Assembly (NCBI GenBank): GCA_021788105.1
Contig: JAJYKZ010000003.1
Coordinates: 1 to 55,417 of the forward strand
Reading direction: 5' to 3'
Source: a bacterium
Lineage (GTDB): Bacteria; Patescibacteriota; Minisyncoccia; Moranbacterales; UBA2206
Length of the DNA stretch: 55,417 bases
A program made the position numbers and the translations under genes. Below the pieces are notes generated by a model, which had not been told where the DNA came from, made no database searches, and was given only the letters and a program-made list of their open reading frames with translations. Positions within the stretch are counted from its first letter, which is position 1, and every line of letters starts with the position of its first letter. Below, piece after piece: positions 36,165 through 44,735 of the stretch.

Positions 36165-36650
36165 TTATAGATCTTCTGCCGGCTTGATAACTATTTTTCG
36201 ATCTTCTCCTTCTCCTATGCTTTCCGTTTTCACTTGGCTGTTTTTGGCCAGTTCCATATGGATAATTCTTCTTTCATAAGGAGACATCGGACGTAAAACA
36301 ACTGCTCTTTTTTCTCGAACCGCCTGCTCGGCCATGTCTTTCGCCAATTGAACAATGGAGCTGTTTTTATCTTCGCGATATGAGTTGACGTCAATTATAA
36401 AATTAACTTTGTCGTCCGTTTTTTTTCTAACCAAAAGGCGCGCTATGTGCTGAATGGCTTGCAAATTGACTCCGTATTGTCCGATAAGAAAACTTGAATC
36501 GCTGGTTTTAATATTGCAAACTATATTTTCTTTCTCGCCGTCCGAAATCACTTTCAATTCAATTTCTCCCTTGAAGCCCATTTTTTCCAGCATTTCCCGG
36601 ACCGTTTCCTTGATTATATCTTCGATTTTTTTCTTTTCTTGATTTTCCAT
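36165..36650 (-). CDS. jag: Jag/EloR/KhpB RNA-binding protein (KH plus R3H), short form
   Basis: LIGQYGVNLQAIQ, PMSPYERRIIH, SIGEGEDRKIVI. Confidence 0.92.
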   Translation of the reverse strand: MENQEKKKIEDIIKETVREMLEKMGFKGEIELKVISDGEKENIVCNIKTSDSSFLIGQYGVNLQAIQHIARLLVRKKTDDKVNFIIDVNSYREDKNSSIVQLAKDMAEQAVREKRAVVLRPMSPYERRIIHMELAKNSQVKTESIGEGEDRKIVIKPAEDL

Positions 36651-36673
36651 ATTATTTAAACTTAACTATTAAG

Positions 36674-37447
36674 CTATGCTCCCTGCTTTTTCGCTTTTTC
36701 CTCTTCTTTTTCCAAATAATATTGCTGGACTATCATAAAGGCCGTTGAGACCAGCCAGTAAAGCGAGAGGCCGGCGGGAAATTTTATACCGATAAACAAG
36801 GTGAGCAGCGGCCCGAAATAAAGCATTTGTTTCGACATTGTTTGACTGAAGTCTGAATTTTTCTTGTCGGACGGTTTCAGTATTTGTTTTCCCATAAGCA
36901 TCTTCGTCTGATAATACTGCGACGCAGCCGCCGCTACTACAAGAAGGATTTGCGGCAAATCCTTCAAAGCAAACTTGCTTAGATTGATCCTTGAAGACAA
37001 ATCTACTAACCCGAGAAAAAACTTGTTTATTTGGCCCGGATTATGGACAAAAGGATAGAGGCTGGCCGTATCCACAGTCAGACCGGCTTGGGAAATGTTG
37101 AAAAATACCCGATAAATAGCGATCAAAAACACCAATTGCACAATCATCGGCAAGCAACCCGAAAAAGGATTGGTCTTTTTTTCTTTATACAACTCCATTA
37201 ACGCCCGGCTTTGTTTTTCTTTGTCGTTTTTGTGTTTTTCTTGAATCTCTTTGATTTTAGGCTGCAAGTCCTGCATTTTTTTCTGAGATTCTATTTGTTT
37301 GCGACTCAGGGGAACCAGCAAAAATTTAATGATGAGAGTTATAATAATGATCGCGATTCCGAAATCATGCAGGGGAAAAACGTTATAAACAATTACCAGC
37401 AAGTTATATAGAGGCTTATATATGAGTTCGTTGAATAAAAATGCCAT
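36674..37447 (-). CDS. yidC: Membrane protein insertase YidC/Oxa1
   Basis: FGIAIIIITLIIKFLL, QPKIKEIQEKHK, NPFSGCLP, PAGLSLYW. Confidence 0.95.
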   Translation of the reverse strand: MAFLFNELIYKPLYNLLVIVYNVFPLHDFGIAIIIITLIIKFLLVPLSRKQIESQKKMQDLQPKIKEIQEKHKNDKEKQSRALMELYKEKKTNPFSGCLPMIVQLVFLIAIYRVFFNISQAGLTVDTASLYPFVHNPGQINKFFLGLVDLSSRINLSKFALKDLPQILLVVAAAASQYYQTKMLMGKQILKPSDKKNSDFSQTMSKQMLYFGPLLTLFIGIKFPAGLSLYWLVSTAFMIVQQYYLEKEEEKAKKQGA

Positions 37448-37457
37448 TTTTTTTCTT

Positions 37458-37799
37458 TTAGATTAATTGGCTTCTTTTTAAAAGCTCGTCAGCGTCGGCC
37501 TTTAGATTGTCAAATTTTATTTTTTCACCCTCCCGTTTTCTTATCGAAACGACAATGTCCGCGCCTTTTTTAATATTCTCCAAACGGCTTCTGAAAATTT
37601 CCCGAAGCTGCCGCTTGGCGAGGTTTCTTTCCACGGCTTTTTTTGAAAACCGAAGACTTACAACAAATCCTATGCGCGGTTCTTCAAGATCATTCTCTAA
37701 AATTTTCATCGTCAGATTATTTAACGCATAAAACGTTCCTTTTTTGTAAACTTTTTCGAAGTCTTTTCTTTTTGTCAGACGATTTTTATAAGGAAGCAT
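37458..37799 (-). CDS. rnpA: Ribonuclease P protein component
   Basis: RLTKRKDFEKV, RIGFVVS, KKAVERN..KRQLRE. Confidence 0.95.
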   Translation of the reverse strand: MLPYKNRLTKRKDFEKVYKKGTFYALNNLTMKILENDLEEPRIGFVVSLRFSKKAVERNLAKRQLREIFRSRLENIKKGADIVVSIRKREGEKIKFDNLKADADELLKRSQLI

Positions 37800-37802
37800 A
37801 GT

Positions 37803-37943
37803 TTATTTAACAGTTGTCAATCGTTTTCTTCCCTTGCTTCTGCGGCTTTTCAACACTTTTTGGTTGTTTTTAGTGCTGTTTCTTTTGCGGAATCCGTGTC
37901 TCCTTTTTCTTCTTGTGCTTGAAGGTTGGTATGTTTGGCTCAT
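37803..37943 (-). CDS. rpmH: 50S ribosomal protein L34 (absent from the ORF track)
   Basis: Manual translation [46 protein letters not shown]; canonical position between rnpA and dnaA. Confidence 0.95.
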   Translation of the reverse strand: MSQTYQPSSTRRKRRHGFRKRNSTKNNQKVLKSRRSKGRKRLTTVK

Positions 37944-38176
37944 ATTGATTAAAACTAACTTATTAACAAATTACAACTACTTAAAAGATTAGCAACTAAT
38001 ATGGTAAAAGTCAATCTTCGAAGGACTTTACCGGGGTTGCTTTTTTATACAGTTCTTGTATATTATAAACACAATTAACATGTTATCAACAGGTTTGCCA
38101 CAGATTTAGCTTGGACGCAATTTTTTCTTCTGTGCTATACTTTTTAAACAAATCCAACTTAAACTAATTTGGCATT

Positions 38177-39553
38177 ATGACGAACGAGGAGCTTTGGCAG
38201 TCGGCATTGGGGGAAATCGAGCTTTCCATTTCAAAGGCTAACTTTGTTACGTGGTTTAAAAACACTTCGATTATTTCTAATAATTCGGGCCGTGTGATTA
38301 TCGGAGTGCCTAATGGGTTTGCAAAAGAATGGCTGGAGAATAAATACAACCTCTATATCCTTCGCTCCTTGCGCAATATTCAAAAAGATATTAGGGAGGT
38401 TTCTTGCGCCATAACCACAAACCAACCGGCAACTCCCAAAGAAACCTTTGGAATTGATGCGGTCATTGCTCCAAAAAAGCAGCTTAACACGGTTCTGTAT
38501 GTTGAAAAAAAACCTGAGATAAGCCAGGAAAATAATCTAAATCCCAGATATACTTTTGATAATTTTATCATAGGCGGCAGCAATGAACTGGCTCGCGCCG
38601 CCTGTTACGCAGTATCCCAAAATCTGGGAAAAATATATAACCCCCTCTTTATTTATGGAGGCGTCGGCCTTGGAAAAACCCATCTTTTACAATCAATAGG
38701 GAATGAGATTTTAAAAAGAACTCCTACCAGCCGAGTCAAATACATCACTTCTGAACGCTTCACTAATGAACTCATCGACTCCATTAAAAACCAGCGAATC
38801 AACGAATTTAAAGAATATTACCAAAGAATAGACCTTCTTATTATTGACGACGTTCAATTTTTATCCGGCAAGGAAAAAACTCAGGAAGAATTTTTTCACA
38901 TCTTTAATTATTTGCATCAACTGAACAAGCAAATAGTTTTAAGCAGCGATCGGGCGCCGAAAGCTATCCCAACTCTTGAAGAGCGCCTGCGTTCTCGATT
39001 TGAAGGCGGGATGATTGCTGATGTTTCCAAGGCTGATTTCGAAACGCGCTTGGCGATTTTGCGAAAAAAAGCCGGCAATGACGGCCTCATTATTGACAAT
39101 AAGGCGCTGGAATATATCGCGGAAAATATCACCAATAATATTAGGGAGCTGGAGGGAGCGCTTAATCGCGTAGCCGTGTCTGCTCAACTCACTAATCAAG
39201 AAATCACGCTAGACTTTGCCAAACCTCTTTTGTCTGAACTTATTTCCAGCGGAAAGAAAAAGGGCGTTAACCATACGCACATTATAAAAGCAGTCTCTGA
39301 ATTTTATGATATAAGCCCGGAGGATTTAATAACTAAGGGGCGAAAAAAAGAAATAGTCAGGCCGCGCCAAGTGGCAATGTATCTTATGCGCAGCGAATTA
39401 AATTATTCCTACCCGGGAATCGGGGATAAATTCGGAGGCCGAGACCACACCACCGCCATTCATGCTTACGAAAAAATAAACCAAGAACTCGCTAATAATA
39501 CAAAACTAAACGAAGAGATTACTTGTTTAAAAGAACACCTATACACCGTTTAG
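38177..39553 (+). CDS. dnaA: Chromosomal replication initiator DnaA
   Basis: YTFDNFI, NPLFIYGGVGLGKTHL, LIIDDVQF, RELEGAL, RQVAMYL, GGRDHTT. Confidence 0.99.
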   Translation: MTNEELWQSALGEIELSISKANFVTWFKNTSIISNNSGRVIIGVPNGFAKEWLENKYNLYILRSLRNIQKDIREVSCAITTNQPATPKETFGIDAVIAPKKQLNTVLYVEKKPEISQENNLNPRYTFDNFIIGGSNELARAACYAVSQNLGKIYNPLFIYGGVGLGKTHLLQSIGNEILKRTPTSRVKYITSERFTNELIDSIKNQRINEFKEYYQRIDLLIIDDVQFLSGKEKTQEEFFHIFNYLHQLNKQIVLSSDRAPKAIPTLEERLRSRFEGGMIADVSKADFETRLAILRKKAGNDGLIIDNKALEYIAENITNNIRELEGALNRVAVSAQLTNQEITLDFAKPLLSELISSGKKKGVNHTHIIKAVSEFYDISPEDLITKGRKKEIVRPRQVAMYLMRSELNYSYPGIGDKFGGRDHTTAIHAYEKINQELANNTKLNEEITCLKEHLYTV

Positions 39554-39834
39554 TTGATAACTTGTGGACAAGTAGAGGATTAATTATGTTTTTCTTTGTT
39601 CATAATAACAGTATTAAGCGGCAATAAAAAGTGTTTATATTATCAACTCCTAAAAATCTATAACTTTATCCCCTTCTGACAATTTGGTTTTTAAATAAGT
39701 TATCCAGCAGTTATCCACACATTTTATCCCTTATTTAAAGCTTTTAATAAAGCTATCCACAGAAATAGCTTTCCTCTATAATATCAATATTTTTATATAA
39801 ATATATACTTAATAAATATTATTAAATTAAATAT
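39554..39834. other. Probable replication origin (oriC)
   Basis: DnaA boxes TGTGGACAA 39563, TTATCCACA 39711, CTATCCACA 39753, TTATCCAGC 39700; AT-only stretch 39778-39835; lies between dnaA and dnaN. Confidence 0.8.
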
Positions 39835-40992
39835 ATGAAATTAACTTGTACTCAAGACAATTTTAAAAAAGCTATCTATAATTCTGAACGAGTAGTTTCC
39901 AAACAAAACACTCTGCCTATTTTAAATAATATTTTATTTGAAGGAGATAAAAGCGGACTCAGAGTGTCGGCCACTAATTTGGAAATCGGAGTTACGGTAA
40001 AAATCGGAGCAAGGGTGGAAAAAGAGGGGAAAATTACCATTCCAGCTAAAATAATAAGCAGTTTTATAAATAATCTTCCGGCGGGAGAAAATATAACACT
40101 GGAAACATCAGATCAAAGCCTAAAAATAAAAAGCGGAAGTGCCAGAGCGACGATAAAAGGTTTGTCGGCTGAGGATTTTCCATTATTGCCTAAAAAAACC
40201 GCCAATCCAATTTTATTTATTCCGGGCGAGAATTTGAAAAATATTATAACCAGAGTTATTTCTTGTGTGGCGTTTAATGAAACGCGTACGGAATTAACCG
40301 GGGTTAATGTTGTTTTTGGCGAGAAAGAGATTTTTTTTGCTGCGACGGACGGATTTAGATTAAGCGAAAGCATTTTTGCATTGGATGATAAGAATACAAA
40401 CAAAGAAGAATATGATCTGTTTCGAAATAAAAAGGATAATGTGATAATTCCCGCAGCCACTTTGGTTGAATTGCTTCGCGTGATTCAGTCAAAAGAGGAT
40501 AGTGAAGTTAAAATTACCATCGAAGAAGGGCAAATATTTTTTGAAGCGGATGGGACAATTATTATTTCAAGGCTGATTAATGGAAAATATCCGGAGTACA
40601 AACATATTATGCCAAAAGAATATAAAACCAGGGTTGTTGGAGAAAGAAGTGCATTGCAAAGCGCAGTAAAAATGGCTAGTCTTTTTTCCGGAGGAAAAGC
40701 AAGTGAGGTGGCTCTTAAAATAAGCGCAGAAGAAAAAAAGATGGCTGTTGGGGCAATGAGTGCTGAGGTGGGTGAAAATTCGTCAGAACTCAAGCTGGAC
40801 GTTGTGGGGCCGTCTCAGGAAATGGTTTTCAATTCAAAATATTTATTGGACGGGCTGAACACTATTGCGACTTCCAAAATGACACTGCTTGCAAATAATG
40901 GTTCAACAGCCGCGGCCCTGAAAGAAATTAATGAACAGACTGGAGAGGTGCTTGAAGGCTACACTTATATCGTCATGCCGATCAAGAATTAA
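39835..40992 (+). CDS. dnaN: DNA polymerase III beta sliding clamp
   Basis: LPILNNIL, SATNLEIG, ATDGFRLS, RLINGKYPEY, FNSKYLLD, IVMPIK. Confidence 0.98.
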   Translation: MKLTCTQDNFKKAIYNSERVVSKQNTLPILNNILFEGDKSGLRVSATNLEIGVTVKIGARVEKEGKITIPAKIISSFINNLPAGENITLETSDQSLKIKSGSARATIKGLSAEDFPLLPKKTANPILFIPGENLKNIITRVISCVAFNETRTELTGVNVVFGEKEIFFAATDGFRLSESIFALDDKNTNKEEYDLFRNKKDNVIIPAATLVELLRVIQSKEDSEVKITIEEGQIFFEADGTIIISRLINGKYPEYKHIMPKEYKTRVVGERSALQSAVKMASLFSGGKASEVALKISAEEKKMAVGAMSAEVGENSSELKLDVVGPSQEMVFNSKYLLDGLNTIATSKMTLLANNGSTAAALKEINEQTGEVLEGYTYIVMPIKN

Positions 40993-41017
40993 AAAGCGAG
41001 TAAATTTAAAAAAACAG

Positions 41018-41040
41018 AAAGGCCCTAAAAAGCCTTTTTT
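41018..41040 (+). terminator. Probable terminator after dnaN
   Basis: aaaggc-cctaaaaa-gccttt followed by Ts. Confidence 0.5.
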
Positions 41041-41082
41041 GCGTTGATACAGATGTGAATTTGAAAAAAAGAAATAAAAAAT

Positions 41083-41121
41083 TTGACAAAAAATGAACAA
41101 AGCGATACTCTGGGGGAGTAT
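41083..41121 (+). promoter_or_regulatory. Promoter overlapped by a CsoR/RcnR-type operator
   Basis: TTGACA-17-TACTCT; operator ATACT-CTGGGGG-AGTAT (41105-41121). Confidence 0.75.
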
Positions 41122-41171
41122 AAGGATAAATTACATATTAAAAACCAAGATTAAATCAATTAATTTAAAAT

Positions 41172-41438
41172 ATGGCGCAGAAAAAAACAATTTCCAAAAA
41201 AGAGGCGCATGATAAAATTTTAAAAAGGATTGCCCGGATCGAAGGACAGCTAAGCGGGATCAAAAGAATGGTACTGGAAGAACGGGAGTGTATTGACATT
41301 ATCCAGCAGATAACCGCCATCCGACAGGCAACGGCCATGCTGGGAATAGAGCTTTTGAAAGACGAGTTTATTTGCAAAAGAAAAGATCAGGAAGAAATAG
41401 ATGAAAAATATTTGAAAACATTGTTTAAAATACAATAA
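41172..41438 (+). CDS. CsoR/RcnR/CstR family transcriptional repressor
   Basis: RIARIEGQLSGIKRM, ECIDIIQQITA; Cys40 and Cys68, no His at the Cu-ligand position. Confidence 0.9.
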   Translation: MAQKKTISKKEAHDKILKRIARIEGQLSGIKRMVLEERECIDIIQQITAIRQATAMLGIELLKDEFICKRKDQEEIDEKYLKTLFKIQ

Positions 41439-41548
41439 TTCAGATAACTGGCTATCTGAAATGTATAATAAATAACTGTTGAAATGAGTAGTTGATTAAT
41501 TTTTAAAATTCCAAATTGCTTCATTGGAGCGAGGAGGGCGGTAAAATT

Positions 41549-41878
41549 ATGAGTAAAGTGATTAATCTCACGGAAAAAACTTTCGAGCCGGAAGTTTTGA
41601 AATCCAACCTTCCTGTTTTGGTTGATTTTTGGGCGCCATGGTGCGCGCCGTGCCGGATGATGGCGCCGGTTCTGGACGAATTGTCGGAAGAGCTGGATGG
41701 TAAAATTAAAATTGCCAAACTGGACGTCGAAAATCCGGCGCATGGGGAGTTGGCAATGCAATATAATATTCAAAGCATCCCGAATATGAAACTTTTCAAG
41801 GGTGGAAAAGTGGCGAAAGACTTTATCGGATTTCGGCCGAAAGAAATTTTCGCTGACGAACTGAAGGCGGAATTATAA
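41549..41878 (+). CDS. trxA: Thioredoxin
   Basis: VLVDFWAPWCAPC, IQSIP; gaggagg RBS ahead of ATG 41549. Confidence 0.96.
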   Translation: MSKVINLTEKTFEPEVLKSNLPVLVDFWAPWCAPCRMMAPVLDELSEELDGKIKIAKLDVENPAHGELAMQYNIQSIPNMKLFKGGKVAKDFIGFRPKEIFADELKAEL

Positions 41879-41934
41879 TTTTTTATCACCGCAAAATTTC
41901 TTGCGGTGATCGTTAAGTCATAATTCAAAAAAAT

Positions 41935-42858
41935 ATGGACGAAAAAATATACGATTTGATAATTATCGGCGCCGGTCCGGCCGGACTTTCCGCTTCCATT
42001 TACGCTTCCAGGTTCGGCATAAAACATCTGGTGGTTGGAAGTTTGATGGGAGGATTGATTTCCGAGACGCATCTGATTGATAATTATCCCGGAGTTGAAG
42101 ATGCGAGCGGTTTTGATTTTTCTCAAAAACTGGTGCACCACGTGAAAAAATACGGCGCGGAAATTATGCCTGTAATGGTGAGAAAGATCAACAAAAAAGC
42201 TGATCGTTTTGAATTGGCGCTGGATGGCGGAAAAAAAATGGAAGCCAAATCCATCTTGTTGGCCACCGGGACCAAGAGAAGGAAGCTGGGCGCCAAGGGC
42301 GAAGAAGAATTTTCCGGCAAAGGCGTTTCCTATTGCGCCACCTGCGACGGGTTTTTCTATAAGGACAAAACCGCGGCGGTTGTCGGGGGCAGCGACAGTG
42401 CGGCCGGCGCGGCGCTGTATCTGGCGGAAATTGCTCAAAAAGTCTATTTAATTTATCGCAAGGATAAATTGCGGGCCGAATCTCACTGGATAAATTTGAT
42501 TGAGAAAAACGAAAAGATCGAAGTGATTTTTAATACTAACGTGACGGAAATATCGGGGGAAGGAAAAGTGGAAAAAGTGAGACTGGACACTCCTTACAAA
42601 AATCAAAACGAATTGAAATTGGACGGAGTGTTTATTGAAGTGGGCTCGGATCCTACGGTAGATTTTGCAAAAGACTTGGGATTGGCGATCGACGAAGGCG
42701 GATTTATTAAAATCAATAAAGACGCATCAACTTCTCTGGCAGGCGTTTGGGCGGCCGGCGACATCACGGACGGATCCGATAAATTCCGACAAGTAATCAC
42801 CGCCGCGTCTGAAGGCGCGATCGCAGCCAGGAGCATTTCGAATTATTTGAAAAAATAA
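41935..42858 (+). CDS. trxB: Thioredoxin reductase
   Basis: IIGAGPAG, GVSYCATCDG, VVGGSDSA, WAAGD. Confidence 0.95.
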   Translation: MDEKIYDLIIIGAGPAGLSASIYASRFGIKHLVVGSLMGGLISETHLIDNYPGVEDASGFDFSQKLVHHVKKYGAEIMPVMVRKINKKADRFELALDGGKKMEAKSILLATGTKRRKLGAKGEEEFSGKGVSYCATCDGFFYKDKTAAVVGGSDSAAGAALYLAEIAQKVYLIYRKDKLRAESHWINLIEKNEKIEVIFNTNVTEISGEGKVEKVRLDTPYKNQNELKLDGVFIEVGSDPTVDFAKDLGLAIDEGGFIKINKDASTSLAGVWAAGDITDGSDKFRQVITAASEGAIAARSISNYLKK

Positions 42859-42875
42859 TTATTAAAATAAACTTT

Positions 42876-44126
42876 ATGCCGAATAAAAGCAATCACGATC
42901 CGTTCAGCAACGCGCTTAGACAGCTGGCCAATATAAAAGACATTATCAAGCTTGAAGAAAATATTTATACCCAGCTGCAAGCGCCGCAAAAATTTTTGGA
43001 AGTGAATATTCCGGTCAAGATGGATGACGGGAAAATCAAAATCTTCAAAGGCTATCGTTCGCAATTTAATGACGCGCGCGGTCCGTTCAAGGGCGGCATC
43101 CGTTTTCATCCGGATGTTAACGAATCGGAAGTAAAGGCGCTTTCAGCCTGGATGGCCTGGAAGACGGCCGCGGTCAACATTCCGCTCGGCGGAGCGAAAG
43201 GCGGCGTAATTGTCGATCCGCGGGAGCTTTCCGACCGCGAACTAGAAGAATTATCGCGCGGGTACATGCGCGGAATTTACAAATTGATCGGCTCGGCGGT
43301 GGACGTGCCGGCGCCGGATGTTTACACTGATCCGCGCATTATGGGCTGGATGATGGATGAATACGAAAAACTAACCGGCCAGCATGATCCGGGCGTGATT
43401 ACGGGCAAACCCTTGAGCATCGGCGGATCAGAAGCGCGGTACTATTCAACAGCTCAAGGAGGATTTTATGTTCTGGATGTGGCAGTCAAAAAAATGGGGC
43501 TTTCTAAAAATGCCACCGTGGCTGTTCAAGGTTTTGGCAACGCCGGAGCGCATATGGCGAAAATTTTGCAAAAAGCCGGCTACAAGATTGTGGCGGTGAG
43601 CGATTCCAAGGGCACGATCGCTAATGTGATGGGGATTGACGTTGAAAAATTAGAAGCGCATAAGAAAAAAACCGGTTCCGTGGCCCACTATCCCGGCTGT
43701 GAAGATCTAGGCGCGAAACATTGTTTGGGCCAGGAAGTGGACATTTTGATTCCGGCGGCTCTCGAAAATTCCATCACATCTGAAAATGTCGAAGCGATCA
43801 AGGCGAAATTAATCGTGGAGCTGGCCAATGGGCCGATCACGCCGGAAGCGGATGAAGTTTTAAAAAAGAAAAACATTTTGGTGGTGCCGGATATTTTGGC
43901 CAACGCCGGAGGAGTGACGGTAAGTTATTTCGAGCAGGTTCAAAATGCTTACAGTTATTACTGGACGGAAAAAGAAGTTTTGGAAAAACTTTCCAAGATA
44001 ATGTATGATTCTTTCGAGCAGATTTGGAAAAAGAAAGAAGAATATTTGACCGACATGCGCACCGCCGCTTATATTTTGGCGGTTGAACGCGTAGCGCAGG
44101 CGATGAAAGACAGAGGCCGGGCGTAA
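42876..44126 (+). CDS. gdhA: Glutamate dehydrogenase (Glu/Leu/Phe/Val family)
   Basis: GPFKGGIRFHP, GGAKGG, DVPAPD, ITGKP, QGFGNAG, ELANGP, ANAGGVTVSYFE. Confidence 0.95.
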   Translation: MPNKSNHDPFSNALRQLANIKDIIKLEENIYTQLQAPQKFLEVNIPVKMDDGKIKIFKGYRSQFNDARGPFKGGIRFHPDVNESEVKALSAWMAWKTAAVNIPLGGAKGGVIVDPRELSDRELEELSRGYMRGIYKLIGSAVDVPAPDVYTDPRIMGWMMDEYEKLTGQHDPGVITGKPLSIGGSEARYYSTAQGGFYVLDVAVKKMGLSKNATVAVQGFGNAGAHMAKILQKAGYKIVAVSDSKGTIANVMGIDVEKLEAHKKKTGSVAHYPGCEDLGAKHCLGQEVDILIPAALENSITSENVEAIKAKLIVELANGPITPEADEVLKKKNILVVPDILANAGGVTVSYFEQVQNAYSYYWTEKEVLEKLSKIMYDSFEQIWKKKEEYLTDMRTAAYILAVERVAQAMKDRGRA

Positions 44127-44207
44127 ATTATAGAATTATTTTTTTAAACTTAATTTAGTTTAAGTCTCTGGTTATCGCTAGAAAATTCAACCAATCAAAT
44201 AGCCAAA

Positions 44208-44241
44208 TAATCAAAAATGTGCAATCGCACAAATCTGATTA
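44208..44241. repeat. 34 bp palindromic site, copy 1
   Basis: TAATCA-aaaa-TGTGC-AATC-GCACA-aatc-TGATTA. Confidence 0.9.
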
Positions 44242-44331
44242 CATAAAAAAATAAAATATAAATAAACATCCGAGAAAGAAAAAACCATTCTGATTTTTTA
44301 GGGCGGTTTTTTTCTTGTGCATAACTCTTCC

Positions 44332-44362
44332 TTGTCAAGATGCGTTGGGGGGGGGGTATTAT
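44332..44362 (+). promoter_or_regulatory. Promoter with a G10 homopolymer in the spacer (possible phase variation)
   Basis: TTGTCA 44332-44337, 19 nt spacer including G x10 (44347-44356), TATTAT 44357-44362. Confidence 0.65.
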
Positions 44363-44385
44363 GGAATTAAAGAAAAAAACTTTTT

Positions 44386-44715
44386 ATGTCTAAAAAAACA
44401 AAGATCATAATCATTTCTATTGTAAGCGTAATTGTTATCATAGCCGTCGTTTGGGCGATCATTGACGCGAACAAAAGTAAGAAAGCCAACACTTCTCCAA
44501 CTGTCAATACTTCAGAAAACCAAACTCCAAAACCAACACCTTTATCGCAGGAAGAAATCAACCAAGCTCTCAACAAGAAAGCCTCTGCTACCGCTTCTCA
44601 AACTGCCATTAAAGAAAGCGACATTAACACCGCCTTGGCTCAAAAAGCCGTCGCTCCGGCTAAACCATTATCAACCCAAGAAATCCAAACTGCGCTTACC
44701 AAAAAAATTCAATAA
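44386..44715 (+). CDS. Small membrane-anchored protein with three amphipathic repeats
   Basis: N-terminal TM; LSQEEINQALNKK / IKESDINTALAQK / LSTQEIQTALTKK. Confidence 0.8.
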   Translation: MSKKTKIIIISIVSVIVIIAVVWAIIDANKSKKANTSPTVNTSENQTPKPTPLSQEEINQALNKKASATASQTAIKESDINTALAQKAVAPAKPLSTQEIQTALTKKIQ

Positions 44716-44735
44716 ATTAATTTTCAAATATAAAT

